NCBI GenBank assembly: GCA_965223855.1
Contig: CBDCXM010000009.1
Location: 32,001-96,000 of the forward strand
DNA from: Candidatus Multivoradales bacterium
GTDB lineage: Bacteria; Acidobacteriota; Thermoanaerobaculia; Multivoradales; JAHEKO01
Direction: 5' to 3'
DNA length: 64,000 nucleotides
The first letter of the stretch is position 1; every line of letters begins with the position of its first letter. This document shows positions 19,620-30,418 of the stretch, one piece after another. The position numbers and the translations under genes are program-made. Below the pieces are notes generated by a model. The model searched no databases and was not told where the DNA came from. It was given only the letters and a program-made list of their open reading frames with translations.

Positions 19620-20617
19620 ATGAAACTCGGCTTCCCCCTCTTCCCCGACAGCGCGTCGACCCTGGCACCCCAGGTCGATGCGATCTACTTCTTCGGGCTG
19701 ACGATCGCGGCGGTGTTCTCGCTGCTGATCGCCGCGGCGATCTTCTACCTCGCCCTGAAGTACCGCCGCTCGCCCGACAACCCTGTCGGCCAGCGCGAGC
19801 GCGCCGGCCTGCTGCTCGAGATCACCTGGTCGGTGATCCCGTTCGCCATCATGCTGGTGATGTTCGGTTGGGGCGCCAAGGTGTTCTTCACCGCGATCCG
19901 ACCGCCCGCCGACGCCACCGAGTACTACGTCACCGGCAAGCAGTGGATGTGGAAGTTCCAGCACCCCGAGGGGCGCCGCGAGATCAACACGCTGCACGTG
20001 CCGGTCGGTCAGCCGATCAAGCTGATCATGACTTCCGAAGACGTCATTCACTCCTTCTTCGTCCCGGCCTTCCGCTCCAAGATGGACGTACTGCCCGGCC
20101 GCTACACGAGCTTCTGGTTCGAGGCGACCGAGCCCGGCACCTACGACCTCTTCTGCGCCGAGTACTGCGGCGCCGAGCACTCCCTGATGGGCGGCTCGAT
20201 CGTCGTCATGGAGCCGGCCGAGTACGAGGCGTGGCTCGCCGACGACAGCGGTGACACACCGCGGCTCGCCTCCGGGGCGGATCTCTTCACCGCCAAGGCG
20301 TGCGGCACCTGCCATCGGCCGGACACCAACCTCCAGGGGCCGGATCTCACCGGCATCTTCGGCACCGAAGTCGCGCTCGCGAACGGCGACACCGTGGAGG
20401 TCGACGAGGACTACCTGCGCGAGTCGATCCTCGAGCCGGCGGAGAAGATCGTGCTGGGCTACCAGCCGCTGATGCCGACCTACAAGGGGCAGCTCAGCGA
20501 GGAAGAGCTGATGCAGCTCATCATCTACATCAAGTCCCTCGCGGACGAGCAGGAGGGTGACGCCCGGGCCGAAAGCGACGACGCCGGCGCCGAGGCGGTC
20601 ACCGACGAGGCGGCACC

Positions 20618-20621
<4 letters not shown>
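19620..20621 (+). CDS. coxB: Cytochrome c oxidase subunit II with fused cytochrome c (caa3)
   Basis: DVIHSF, CuA motif [13 protein letters not shown]-terminal CGTCH. Confidence 0.95.
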
Positions 20622-22263
<1,642 letters not shown>

Positions 22264-22267
<4 letters not shown>

Positions 22268-22947
22268 GCGTCGCGGCGCAAGGGAAGGCAGGCGGCAAGA
22301 AGAGCCGTGCGTGGGGGCTCGCCCACCACTTCGAGAGCTTCGCCCAGCAGCAGGAGGCGTCGTTCTTCGGCATGTGGCTGTTCCTGGTGCAGGAGATCCT
22401 CTTCTTCGGCGGCCTCTTCACCGCCTACATCGTCTACCGCACCTCGCACCCGGAGGCGTTCGCCCTCGGCAGCCACGAGCTCGACATCCAGCTCGGCGCG
22501 ATCAACACCGCGGTGCTGATCGGCTCGTCGCTCACGATGGCGCTCGCGGTGTGGGCGGCGCAGGTGGGGAAGAACAAGGCGATCGTCCTCTTCATCATCC
22601 TCACCATCCTGCTCGGCGGGGTGTTCCTCGGCATCAAGACCGTGGAGTACAGCCACAAGTGGCACGAGCACCACGTCCCCGGACCCAACTTCGAGTGGGA
22701 CGGCCCGGAAGCGCCTAACGTCCACATGTTCTTCAACCTCTACTTCGCGATGACGGGGCTCCACGCCCTCCACATGGTCGTCGGCATGGTGATTCTCGTC
22801 GTCATCGCGATCTGGGCGTGGCGCGGAGCGTTCACCCCCGAGAACCACAACCTGGTCGAGGGGATGGGGCTCTACTGGCACTTCGTCGACATCGTGTGGA
22901 TCTTCCTCTTCCCGCTGCTCTACCTGCTGGGAAGGAGCGGCGCATGA
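22264..22947 (+). CDS. coxC: Cytochrome c oxidase subunit III
   Basis: [25 protein letters not shown]. Confidence 0.94.
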
Positions 22948-23243
22948 GCGGCCACGGCGACCACCACGTCACCGGCATCGGCGCCTACGTCGGCGTCTTC
23001 CTCGCCCTGATGGTGCTGACCGCGGTCACCGTATGGGTCGCGTTCCTCGATCTCGGCCCGCTCAACGACCTCGTCGCCATGGCGATCGCCTTCACCAAGG
23101 CGACGCTGGTGGTGCTGATCTTCATGCACGTGCTGCATGCCAGCCGGGTGACCAAGATCACCGTCGTCGCCGGCTTCCTGTGGCTGGCGATCCTCTTCGG
23201 CATCACGCTGACCGACTACTTCAGCCGCGGCTTCCTGCAGTAG
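22944..23243 (+). CDS. coxD: Cytochrome c oxidase subunit IV
   Basis: ATGA overlap. Three TMs, LTAVTV, KATLVVLIFMH. Confidence 0.88.
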   Translation: MSGHGDHHVTGIGAYVGVFLALMVLTAVTVWVAFLDLGPLNDLVAMAIAFTKATLVVLIFMHVLHASRVTKITVVAGFLWLAILFGITLTDYFSRGFLQ

Positions 23244-23244
23244 C

Positions 23245-23314
23245 TGTCGTCCCTCGGGTTGCCGCGTCATCCGTGTCGTCCCTCGGGTTGCCCTCCGGCA
23301 ACCCGTCGGGGGAC
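23245..23314. repeat. 19-bp direct repeat plus hairpin at the end of the operon (possible terminator)
   Basis: TGTCGTCCCTCGGGTTGCC at 23245 and 23274. Inverted arm GGCAACCCG at 23297-23305. Confidence 0.6.
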
Positions 23315-23334
23315 TGAGCCGACGCCGAGCTTCC

Positions 23335-23745
23335 CTACTGTCGGAGCAGTTCGACCAGCTCGGCGAGTTCGTGAGTCCAGCCGTCGACGTTCGACTGCCG
23401 GTCCTGCGGCCGCTCGAAGCCCGATTCGCGCAACTCGAGCACTGTGCCGCCGCCCGGGCGCTCACTCAGCCTGAACTCGACGAGCGTCGACGGCCCGTCG
23501 CCGACCGGAGTGTCCGCCTCACGCGACCAGCGCCACGCGACGTAGCGAGGCGGCTCGAACGCCTCGACCCTCACGGCGTAGCGCCCGTGCTCGGCCCAAA
23601 CGAACTCCCCGCTCACCCCTTCCCCCATGTCGAACGCCGCCGTGTCCGGAAACCAGCTCGCCAGCTCCCTCCCATCCGTCAACGCCCTCCACACCCGCTC
23701 CACCGAAGCATCGAACTCCATCCGCCTCTCGATCGCCGGCGTCAT
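23335..23745 (-). CDS. SRPBCC/AHSA1-domain protein
   Basis: ASVERVWRALTD..LASWF, FEPPRYVAWRW, LRESGF, GW. Confidence 0.88.
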   Translation of the reverse strand: MTPAIERRMEFDASVERVWRALTDGRELASWFPDTAAFDMGEGVSGEFVWAEHGRYAVRVEAFEPPRYVAWRWSREADTPVGDGPSTLVEFRLSERPGGGTVLELRESGFERPQDRQSNVDGWTHELAELVELLRQ

Positions 23746-24056
23746 CCGTCCGTCTCCTCTCCGAGATGCCGCCTGAGCCTCTCCAGCCGTCGATCCCACG
23801 CCGCCGCATAAGGCTCGAGCCACTCCTCCACCACCTGCAGCGGCCGCGCCTCCAGCCGGTGCAGCTTCTCCCTTCCCCGCCACTCCACCGTCACCAGCCC
23901 GGCCGCCTCGAGCACCGAAAGATGCCGCGTCACCGCCTGGCGACTCATCGGAATCGGCTCGGCAAGCTCATGGAGTGTCAGCGGTTCCTCCTCTCGAAGG
24001 CGAGCCATGAGAGCTCTGCGAGTGGGTTCCGCCAAAGCCTGGAAGATCGCTTCCAC
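23742..24056 (-). CDS. ArsR/SmtB-family regulator
   Basis: IFQALAEPTRR...SRQAVTRHLSVLEAAGLV...GRE. GTG 24056 is the likely start. Confidence 0.9.
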   Translation of the reverse strand: MEAIFQALAEPTRRALMARLREEEPLTLHELAEPIPMSRQAVTRHLSVLEAAGLVTVEWRGREKLHRLEARPLQVVEEWLEPYAAAWDRRLERLRRHLGEETDG

Positions 24057-24064
24057 TGCAGGCG

Positions 24065-24094
24065 AGGATATGCAACCTATGTGTTGCATGTCAA
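24065..24094 (-). promoter_or_regulatory. Sigma70 promoter with an ArsR-type operator in the spacer
   Basis: TTGACA (24094-24089), 18 nt, TATCCT (24070-24065). Palindrome ATGCAAC-N6-GTTGCAT at 24070-24089. Confidence 0.8.
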
Positions 24095-24334
24095 TCCCAC
24101 CCTCGACCCGGCCCGCGCTCGAGGAGCCGATCAGGCCCGCAACGAGAGTCCCGCGGCGTCAGGTCCTTGTTGCCAGGGGGCTCGAGCCGAGGGCCGAAAG
24201 CCGCCCGCACCACCTCGGTGGCCGTCGCCCGACGGCGAGAGAGCGCGCGCTGAAGGTCGTCCCACCGAGTACGCGCGACGTCCCCCTGGCGTCAGCGATC
24301 TGACGGAGGGAGGCCGGGTCCTACCACCAACGAG

Positions 24335-24946
24335 TCAGGCGCGGTTGCGGTAGAGGTCCGGATCAACGATCGAGGCCATCGCCCGAACATCCAGATCCCG
24401 CCCGACGAACTCCGCCAGCTTCCTGGCGTGCCCCTCCGGATCCGCGATCACTTCGCGATACGGGAAGAAGAGCACCTCCATGTGCGGCGAGTGCTTCAGG
24501 TGGTAGTTCGCCTTCCACAGATCCGCCTCGAAGAACTCCTTCATCGAGGCGTCGTCGCTCCCCGACTCTTCGCCCCGCCGCTCCAGCATCTTCGCCTGCG
24601 ACGCCAACACCTCGTCGATCTCGCGCCGCATGAAGACCACCTTGTAGTTGTGGTTCGACGGGAGATGCCGCAGGAGATAGGAGATGATCTTGATCGCCTT
24701 GCCTCGCCCCTCGCGGAGCCACTCCTTGTCGACCTCCTTCGCGAGATCGAGCACCCGGTCGTCCTCGTAGTACCCCTTCGGATTGTCCTCGTCCGCGGTG
24801 CGATTGCCGTCGGTGACGGGGGTCATCCCACCCGCCTCGAGCATCTTCATCGCCATCGACGTGCCAGAGCGCGGCAGCCCGGAGACGACGACGATCGGCT
24901 CGCCGTAGAGACGGCGACGGAACCACTTTGCGAGCTTGCTCGGCAC
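24335..24946 (-). CDS. PAPS-dependent sulfotransferase-family protein
   Basis: 5'-PSB loop VVSGLPRSGTSMAM, NPKGYYE, 3'-PB-like FMRR...VLASQ. GTG 24946 is the likely start. Confidence 0.85.
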   Translation of the reverse strand: MPSKLAKWFRRRLYGEPIVVVSGLPRSGTSMAMKMLEAGGMTPVTDGNRTADEDNPKGYYEDDRVLDLAKEVDKEWLREGRGKAIKIISYLLRHLPSNHNYKVVFMRREIDEVLASQAKMLERRGEESGSDDASMKEFFEADLWKANYHLKHSPHMEVLFFPYREVIADPEGHARKLAEFVGRDLDVRAMASIVDPDLYRNRA

Positions 24947-25137
24947 GTTGGAGAACCTCTCGGTAGGGGATGTGCGGGGATGGACGCGCCCGATGATGGG
25001 GCGGCTTTGGACGCGGCGATAGGATAGTATGCAGCGCGTTCGGGAGCCAGTCCCACGCCGCGCCGGCATGGGGCCTCGCAGCCCGAAACCACTCCGGCAC
25101 TGCCCCTCACTACCCCAGCAGACAGCCAATCCTCTTC

Positions 25138-27357
25138 ATGGTCGGACAAGGAATCTCTGTGCAGCGACGCATCGCGCAAGCGGTCGCTCGGACGACGCTC
25201 GTGGCGGCGGCCCTGGCCTTCGCCGGGCCGGCAGCGGCCTACGTCGGGCCCGGCGCCGGGTTCGCGATGGCGACCTCGATCGGGGTCGTCTTCTTCACCG
25301 TCATCATCGCGGTGCTCGCGGTGCTCACCTGGCCGTTCCGCATGGTGTGGCGGCTCATCCGCCGACCGGCGAAGCCCAACGCACGAGTGCGACGCCTCAT
25401 TTTCCTCGGCCTCGACGGCCAGGACCCGAGGCTGACCGAGAAGTGGATGGCCGAGGGCAAGCTCCCCAACTTCTCGCGCCTCGCCGAACTCGGCTGCTAC
25501 CACCGCCTGCAGTCGACCTACCCGTCGATCTCGCCGGTCGCCTGGTCTTCGTTCGCCACCGGCGTGCAGCCGGCCAAGCACAATATCTTCGACTTCCTGA
25601 GCCGCGACCGCGGAAGCTACCTGCCGCTCCTCTCCTCGACGTCGATCGAGACGATCGAGCGCCGCGGAGCCGCGCTTCTCAGGAAGCTGCGCCTCGGCAA
25701 GTACCGCTTCCCGGTGGAGAAGGCGCAGATCCGGATGCTTCGCAAGGCGAAGCCCTACTGGACGATTCTCGGTGAGCACTACATCTGGTCGACCGTCCTC
25801 CGCGTGCCGATCACCTTCCCGCCCGATCGTTTCTACGGCGCCCAGCTCGGGGCGATGTCGATCCCCGACCTGCTGGGCACCCAGGGGACCTTCGTCCTCT
25901 TCACCAACCGCCCGGCGGAAGGTGAGTTCAAGGAGGGGGGCATCCGCGTCGCTCTCGAAGACTCGGGCAATCCGAACGGGGGAGATCGTTTCGAGGCGAA
26001 GCTGGAAGGCCCCGAGAACGCCTTCCTCGACGGCGAGCCGCCGCTCGAGCTGCCGGTGGCGATCACGCTCGATCGCTCCGCCGGCAAAGCGACGGTCGAG
26101 ATCGGCGACGAGGAGATGGTGCTCGGAGTCGGCGAGCTCTCCGACTGGGTGAGCCTCGAGTTCCCCGCCGCGCCGACCGTCAAGGTGTCGGCGCTGGCGC
26201 GCATCCAGATCACCGAAATGGACGAGTTCGTCTCGCTCTACGTCACGCCGCTCAACATCGCCCCCGAGAATCCGGCGATGCCGATCTCGCACCCCGACTA
26301 CTACGCAAACTACCTGGCGAAGAAGATCGGTCCCTACTCGACCCTCGGCCTCGCCGAGGACACCTGGGCGCTCAACGAGGACGTGACCGACGACGCGACC
26401 TTCCTCCAGCAGAGCTACGACATCGACAAGGAGCGCGAGGAGATGTTCTTCGCCGCGCTCGATCGACTCAACAAGGGCTCGCTCGTGTGCGTCTTCGACG
26501 GCACCGACCGGATCCAGCACATGTTCTGGCGCTACATGGAGGAGGGGCATCCAGCCGCCGAAGGGCGCGATCCGGGCGAGCATGCCGACGCGATCGAGGA
26601 CCTCTACCGACACAACGACGCCCTCCTTGGCCGGACGATGAAGAAGCTGCGCAAGGGCGACCTGCTGTTCGTGCTCTCCGACCACGGCTTCACTTCGTTC
26701 CGCCGCGGCGTCAACGTCAACGCCTGGCTGCTCGAGCACGGCTACCTGCATCTCAAGGAAGGCGCCGACGGCTCGAGCGAGTGGCTCGCCGACGTCGACT
26801 GGTCCCGCACCCGCGCCTACAGCCTGGGTCTCGCCGGGATGTATCTGAACATCGAAGGCCGCGAGGCGCATGGCATCGTCAAACCGGGAGCCGAGGCGCA
26901 GGCGCTCAAGGACGAGCTGGTCGAGAAGCTCAGTGGGCTCGAGGACTCGGAGAAAGCCGACGTCGGCATCACCGAGCTGTTCGATACCTCCAAGCTCTAC
27001 TCCGGCCCTTATCTCGGCAATGCTCCGGACCTCCTCTTCGGCTTCAACGGCGGCTACCGCACCTCCTGGGACTGCGCCACCGGCGTCGTCTCCGGGCCGG
27101 TGTTCGACGACAACACCAAGGCGTGGAGCGGCGATCACTGCGTCGACCCCCGCCAGGTGCCGGGCGTGATGTTCTGCAACTTCCCCATCGACGACGAAGA
27201 TCCCTACCTGATGGACATGGCGCCAACCGCGCTGTCGCTCTTCGGCATCGACCCGCCGGCCCACATGGACGGCAAGTCGCTGTTCTCGAAGGAGCGGGAG
27301 TTCGATCCCGCGCGCGGCGCGGAGACGAAGCCGGTTGCCGAAGGAGCCGCCTCGTGA
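25138..27357 (+). CDS. Alkaline-phosphatase-superfamily (NPP-like) enzyme with signal peptide plus TM anchor
   Basis: LGLDG, STYPSISPVAWSSFATG, DRIQH, SDHGF, WSGDH. N-terminal AAA/YVGPGAG followed by a TM. The start may be GTG 25159. Confidence 0.88.
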   Translation: MVGQGISVQRRIAQAVARTTLVAAALAFAGPAAAYVGPGAGFAMATSIGVVFFTVIIAVLAVLTWPFRMVWRLIRRPAKPNARVRRLIFLGLDGQDPRLTEKWMAEGKLPNFSRLAELGCYHRLQSTYPSISPVAWSSFATGVQPAKHNIFDFLSRDRGSYLPLLSSTSIETIERRGAALLRKLRLGKYRFPVEKAQIRMLRKAKPYWTILGEHYIWSTVLRVPITFPPDRFYGAQLGAMSIPDLLGTQGTFVLFTNRPAEGEFKEGGIRVALEDSGNPNGGDRFEAKLEGPENAFLDGEPPLELPVAITLDRSAGKATVEIGDEEMVLGVGELSDWVSLEFPAAPTVKVSALARIQITEMDEFVSLYVTPLNIAPENPAMPISHPDYYANYLAKKIGPYSTLGLAEDTWALNEDVTDDATFLQQSYDIDKEREEMFFAALDRLNKGSLVCVFDGTDRIQHMFWRYMEEGHPAAEGRDPGEHADAIEDLYRHNDALLGRTMKKLRKGDLLFVLSDHGFTSFRRGVNVNAWLLEHGYLHLKEGADGSSEWLADVDWSRTRAYSLGLAGMYLNIEGREAHGIVKPGAEAQALKDELVEKLSGLEDSEKADVGITELFDTSKLYSGPYLGNAPDLLFGFNGGYRTSWDCATGVVSGPVFDDNTKAWSGDHCVDPRQVPGVMFCNFPIDDEDPYLMDMAPTALSLFGIDPPAHMDGKSLFSKEREFDPARGAETKPVAEGAAS

Positions 27358-29306
27358 CCCGCCGCATCGGCATCGCGGCGCTCCTGCTGGCGGCCCTCGT
27401 CGGCCTCGGCGGCTGCAGCGACGGTCATCGGGTCACCGGCAAGCAGGTGGTCGTCATCGGCGTCGACGGCATGGACTGGAACTACACCCAGCAGATGATC
27501 GCCGACGGTCGGATGCCGACCTTCGCGCGCCTCGAGCGCGAGGGCTCGGCGGCGCCGCTCGGCACGTCGATCCCGCCGCTCTCGCCGATCGCCTGGTCGA
27601 ACTTCATGACCGGCACCGACTCCGGCCACCACGGCATCTTCGACTTCCTCCACCGCGACCCGGAGAGCTACTTCCCCACTTCTTCGCTTGCCAAGTCGGA
27701 GCAGGGCGAGCCAGGCCCGTGCCTCGGCAAGTACCGGCTGCCGGCCGACGGCACCTTCGAGATGCTCCGCCGCGGCGACCCGTTCTGGAAGCCGCTCGAG
27801 GAGACCGGCGTCGAGTCCTGGATCCTCAGAATGCCGGTCAACTTCCCGCCGTCGGGCTACGCCACCCGCGAGCTCTCCGGCATGGGCACACCCGACCTCA
27901 CCGGGTCGCTGGGCGAGTTCTCGTTCTTCACCTCGGCGCTCTTCTACGACGATGTCGGCTCGGGCGGCAAGGTCTACCCGCTCGACCTGTGGGAGGACCG
28001 CGCCGAGGGCGAGCTCGTCGGTCCGGAGAACATCTACCTGTGCGAGCCGGAGAAGACCCGGGTGCCGCTCGTCGTCTACTTCGACCCCGCCGAACCGGTC
28101 GCCAAGGTCGTCATCGGCGAGGAGGAGACGATCCTCAACGTCGGTGAATGGAGCGACTGGGTGCCGATCTCCTTCGAGCTGGCACCGACGCAGTCGCTCA
28201 ACGCCAAGGCGCGGCTCTACCTGCGCGCCGTCCGGCCCGAGGTCGAGCTCTACGTGACGCCGCTCCAGATCGACCCGATGGCGCCGATCATGCCGATCTC
28301 GACCCCGGCCGACTTCGCCGCCGAGCTCGCCGAGGCGACCGGCGGCTACTACACCCAGGGGATGCCGGAGGACACCAAGACCGCGACCGAGGAGCTGTTC
28401 TCGATCGACGAGTTCCTCGCCCAGGCGCGGATCGCCGGCATCGAGCTCGAAGAGCAGTTCGACTACCTGCTCGACGAGTTCGAGGACGGGTTGCTCTTCT
28501 ACTACTTCGGCAACCTCGACCAGGTGTCGCACATCATGTTCGGCATGACCGATCCGGAGCATCCGATCTACGACGAGGTCACCGCCGCCAAGTACGCGGG
28601 CGTCGTGCCGGAGCTCTACGAGCGCGCCGACCGCATGGTCGAGCTGGCGATGGAAAAGCTCCCCGAGGCGACGATCGTCGTGATGTCGGACCACGGCTTC
28701 TCGAGCTGGCGCCGGTCGATGAATCTCAACTCGTGGCTGCGCGACGAGGGGTACCTGGTCCTCAAGGACCCGTCGCTCACCAAGGACCCCGGCCTCTTCC
28801 GCAACGTCGACTGGGCGCGAACGCGCGCCTACGGAGTCGGCTTCAACGGCCTTTACATCAACGAGCGGGGGCGGGAGAGCCAGGGGATCGTCGACCCCGA
28901 AGACGCCGACGCGCTCCTGGCCGAGATCGGCGACAAGCTGCTGGCGACCCTCGACCCCAAGTCCGGCACCCCGGCCGTGACCCAGGTCTACCCGGCGGCC
29001 GAGACGTTCCAGGACGGCCCGGGCCTGCTCGTAGGCCCCGACATGATCGTCGGCTACGCGCTCGGGACCAAGGGCTCCTCCGACGGCGCTCTCGGCGAGA
29101 TCGAGCCGGAGGTCTTCAGCGACAACACGAGCGCCTGGACCGGCGACCACAGCATGGACCACGACGCGGTGCCGGGCATTCTCTTCACCAACAAACCGCT
29201 GTCGAAGCCGGCCCCGACCCTGATCGACCTCGCTGCCGCCGTGGTGGCTGAGTTCGGGCTCGAGCGGTTTCCGGTCGACGTCGACGGCGGCGCGGCACAG
29301 CAGTAG
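27354..29306 (+). CDS. Alkaline-phosphatase-superfamily (NPP-like) lipoprotein, paralog of the upstream gene
   Basis: GTGA overlap. Lipobox LGGC. IGVDG, TSIPPLSPIAWSNFMTG, DQVSH, SDHGF, WTGDH. Confidence 0.88.
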   Translation: MTRRIGIAALLLAALVGLGGCSDGHRVTGKQVVVIGVDGMDWNYTQQMIADGRMPTFARLEREGSAAPLGTSIPPLSPIAWSNFMTGTDSGHHGIFDFLHRDPESYFPTSSLAKSEQGEPGPCLGKYRLPADGTFEMLRRGDPFWKPLEETGVESWILRMPVNFPPSGYATRELSGMGTPDLTGSLGEFSFFTSALFYDDVGSGGKVYPLDLWEDRAEGELVGPENIYLCEPEKTRVPLVVYFDPAEPVAKVVIGEEETILNVGEWSDWVPISFELAPTQSLNAKARLYLRAVRPEVELYVTPLQIDPMAPIMPISTPADFAAELAEATGGYYTQGMPEDTKTATEELFSIDEFLAQARIAGIELEEQFDYLLDEFEDGLLFYYFGNLDQVSHIMFGMTDPEHPIYDEVTAAKYAGVVPELYERADRMVELAMEKLPEATIVVMSDHGFSSWRRSMNLNSWLRDEGYLVLKDPSLTKDPGLFRNVDWARTRAYGVGFNGLYINERGRESQGIVDPEDADALLAEIGDKLLATLDPKSGTPAVTQVYPAAETFQDGPGLLVGPDMIVGYALGTKGSSDGALGEIEPEVFSDNTSAWTGDHSMDHDAVPGILFTNKPLSKPAPTLIDLAAAVVAEFGLERFPVDVDGGAAQQ

Positions 29307-29315
29307 GAGGCAGTC

Positions 29316-29519
29316 ATGTTCGGAGGCGGCAAGATCAAACTCGACAAGGAGCTGATGGAGAAGGTGACGCGCATCGCCGCGATCGCCGGCTACTCCTCAC
29401 CGACCGAGTTCATCACTCACGCGCTCGAGAAGGAGCTGGCGAAGATCGAGGGTGAGGGCGAGGCTCTCTCCGAGGAAGAGATCAAGAAGCGGCTCCAGGG
29501 GCTCGGCTACATCTCGTAG
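29316..29519 (+). CDS. Small ribbon-helix-helix (CopG-like) protein with C-terminal LxxLGY
   Basis: AGGAGG RBS. KIKLDKELMEKV...GYSSPTEFITHALEKEL, ending EEEIKKRLQGLGYIS. Confidence 0.75.
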   Translation: MFGGGKIKLDKELMEKVTRIAAIAGYSSPTEFITHALEKELAKIEGEGEALSEEEIKKRLQGLGYIS

Positions 29520-29555
29520 GCGGTCGGCACCGGAACTCGGCGACACGACGACACC

Positions 29556-30374
29556 ATGGAAGCGATCAACGCACTGCTGCGCTCGGCCCTCGATGCCTTC
29601 TGGGGTCTGTTGGGCGGCCTGCCCGACTGGGTCGGGCTGACCGTGCTCGCCTTCCTGGTGACGCTGCTGATCCTGCCGGTCATCCGCTGGACCTTCAACT
29701 ACGACCTCGCGGAGCGCTTCAAGCGGGGTATCTACTCGGGCCTCTTCGAGATTCGCCTCTTCAACGACCGCCTCGGCGCGACCTTCCGCGGCCTGTTCGA
29801 TGTGCTCCGCAACACCGCCGCCTACATGGGGGCGTGGCTGCTGCCGCTCGTCGTCATGTCGATCCCGATGCTGCCGGTCTTCGCCCATCTGCACTTCCAC
29901 TACGGCTACGACGGGCTCGAGCCGGGCGCCTCGACGGTGCTGCGCGCCGAGTTCGCCGAAGACCGCGAGACGGGAAAGCCGGTCGCCTCGATCGACGTGC
30001 CGGAAGGGGTGTCGGTCGACACCCCCGCACTGTGGGTCGCGGCCCAGCGCGAGCTGAGCTGGCGGCTGTCGGCCGAGACCCCGGGCGAGTACGAGGTGCG
30101 GCTCTCGATCGACGGCGAGAGTTATACCAAGAGCGTCGTCGTCTCCGACCAGAGCACCCGGCGCTCGCCCCTGCGGCCACGCCAAAGCTTCTTCGACCAG
30201 CTGATCTACCCCGCCGAGCCGCCGCTGCCCGCCGGCAGCCCGCTCGAGCGCATCACCGTCGAGTACCCGGAGAAGTCGAGCGTCCTGATGGTGCCGACCT
30301 GGTGCTGGATCCTGATCCTGCTCTCGATCCCGTTCTTCCTGCTCCTCAAGGGCAGGTTCGGGGTCGAGGTCTGA
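29556..30374 (+). CDS. Three-TM membrane protein resembling DUF106/EMC3/TMCO1 (Oxa1 superfamily), with an inserted beta-rich domain
   Basis: Amphipathic N-helix, TM1, helical loop, TM2 LLPLVVMSIPMLPVF, beta-rich domain, TM3 WCWILILLS..FFLLLKGRFG. Confidence 0.55.
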   Translation: MEAINALLRSALDAFWGLLGGLPDWVGLTVLAFLVTLLILPVIRWTFNYDLAERFKRGIYSGLFEIRLFNDRLGATFRGLFDVLRNTAAYMGAWLLPLVVMSIPMLPVFAHLHFHYGYDGLEPGASTVLRAEFAEDRETGKPVASIDVPEGVSVDTPALWVAAQRELSWRLSAETPGEYEVRLSIDGESYTKSVVVSDQSTRRSPLRPRQSFFDQLIYPAEPPLPAGSPLERITVEYPEKSSVLMVPTWCWILILLSIPFFLLLKGRFGVEV

Positions 30375-30418
30375 TCGCGCCCGCTGACAGGCAGAACCTC
30401 GGACGGTAGCCTAGGGTC

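Noticed and set aside
24157-24180. SRP RNA (GTCAGGTCC)
   Set aside because: The GGAAGGAAGCAGC half of the conserved motif is missing.
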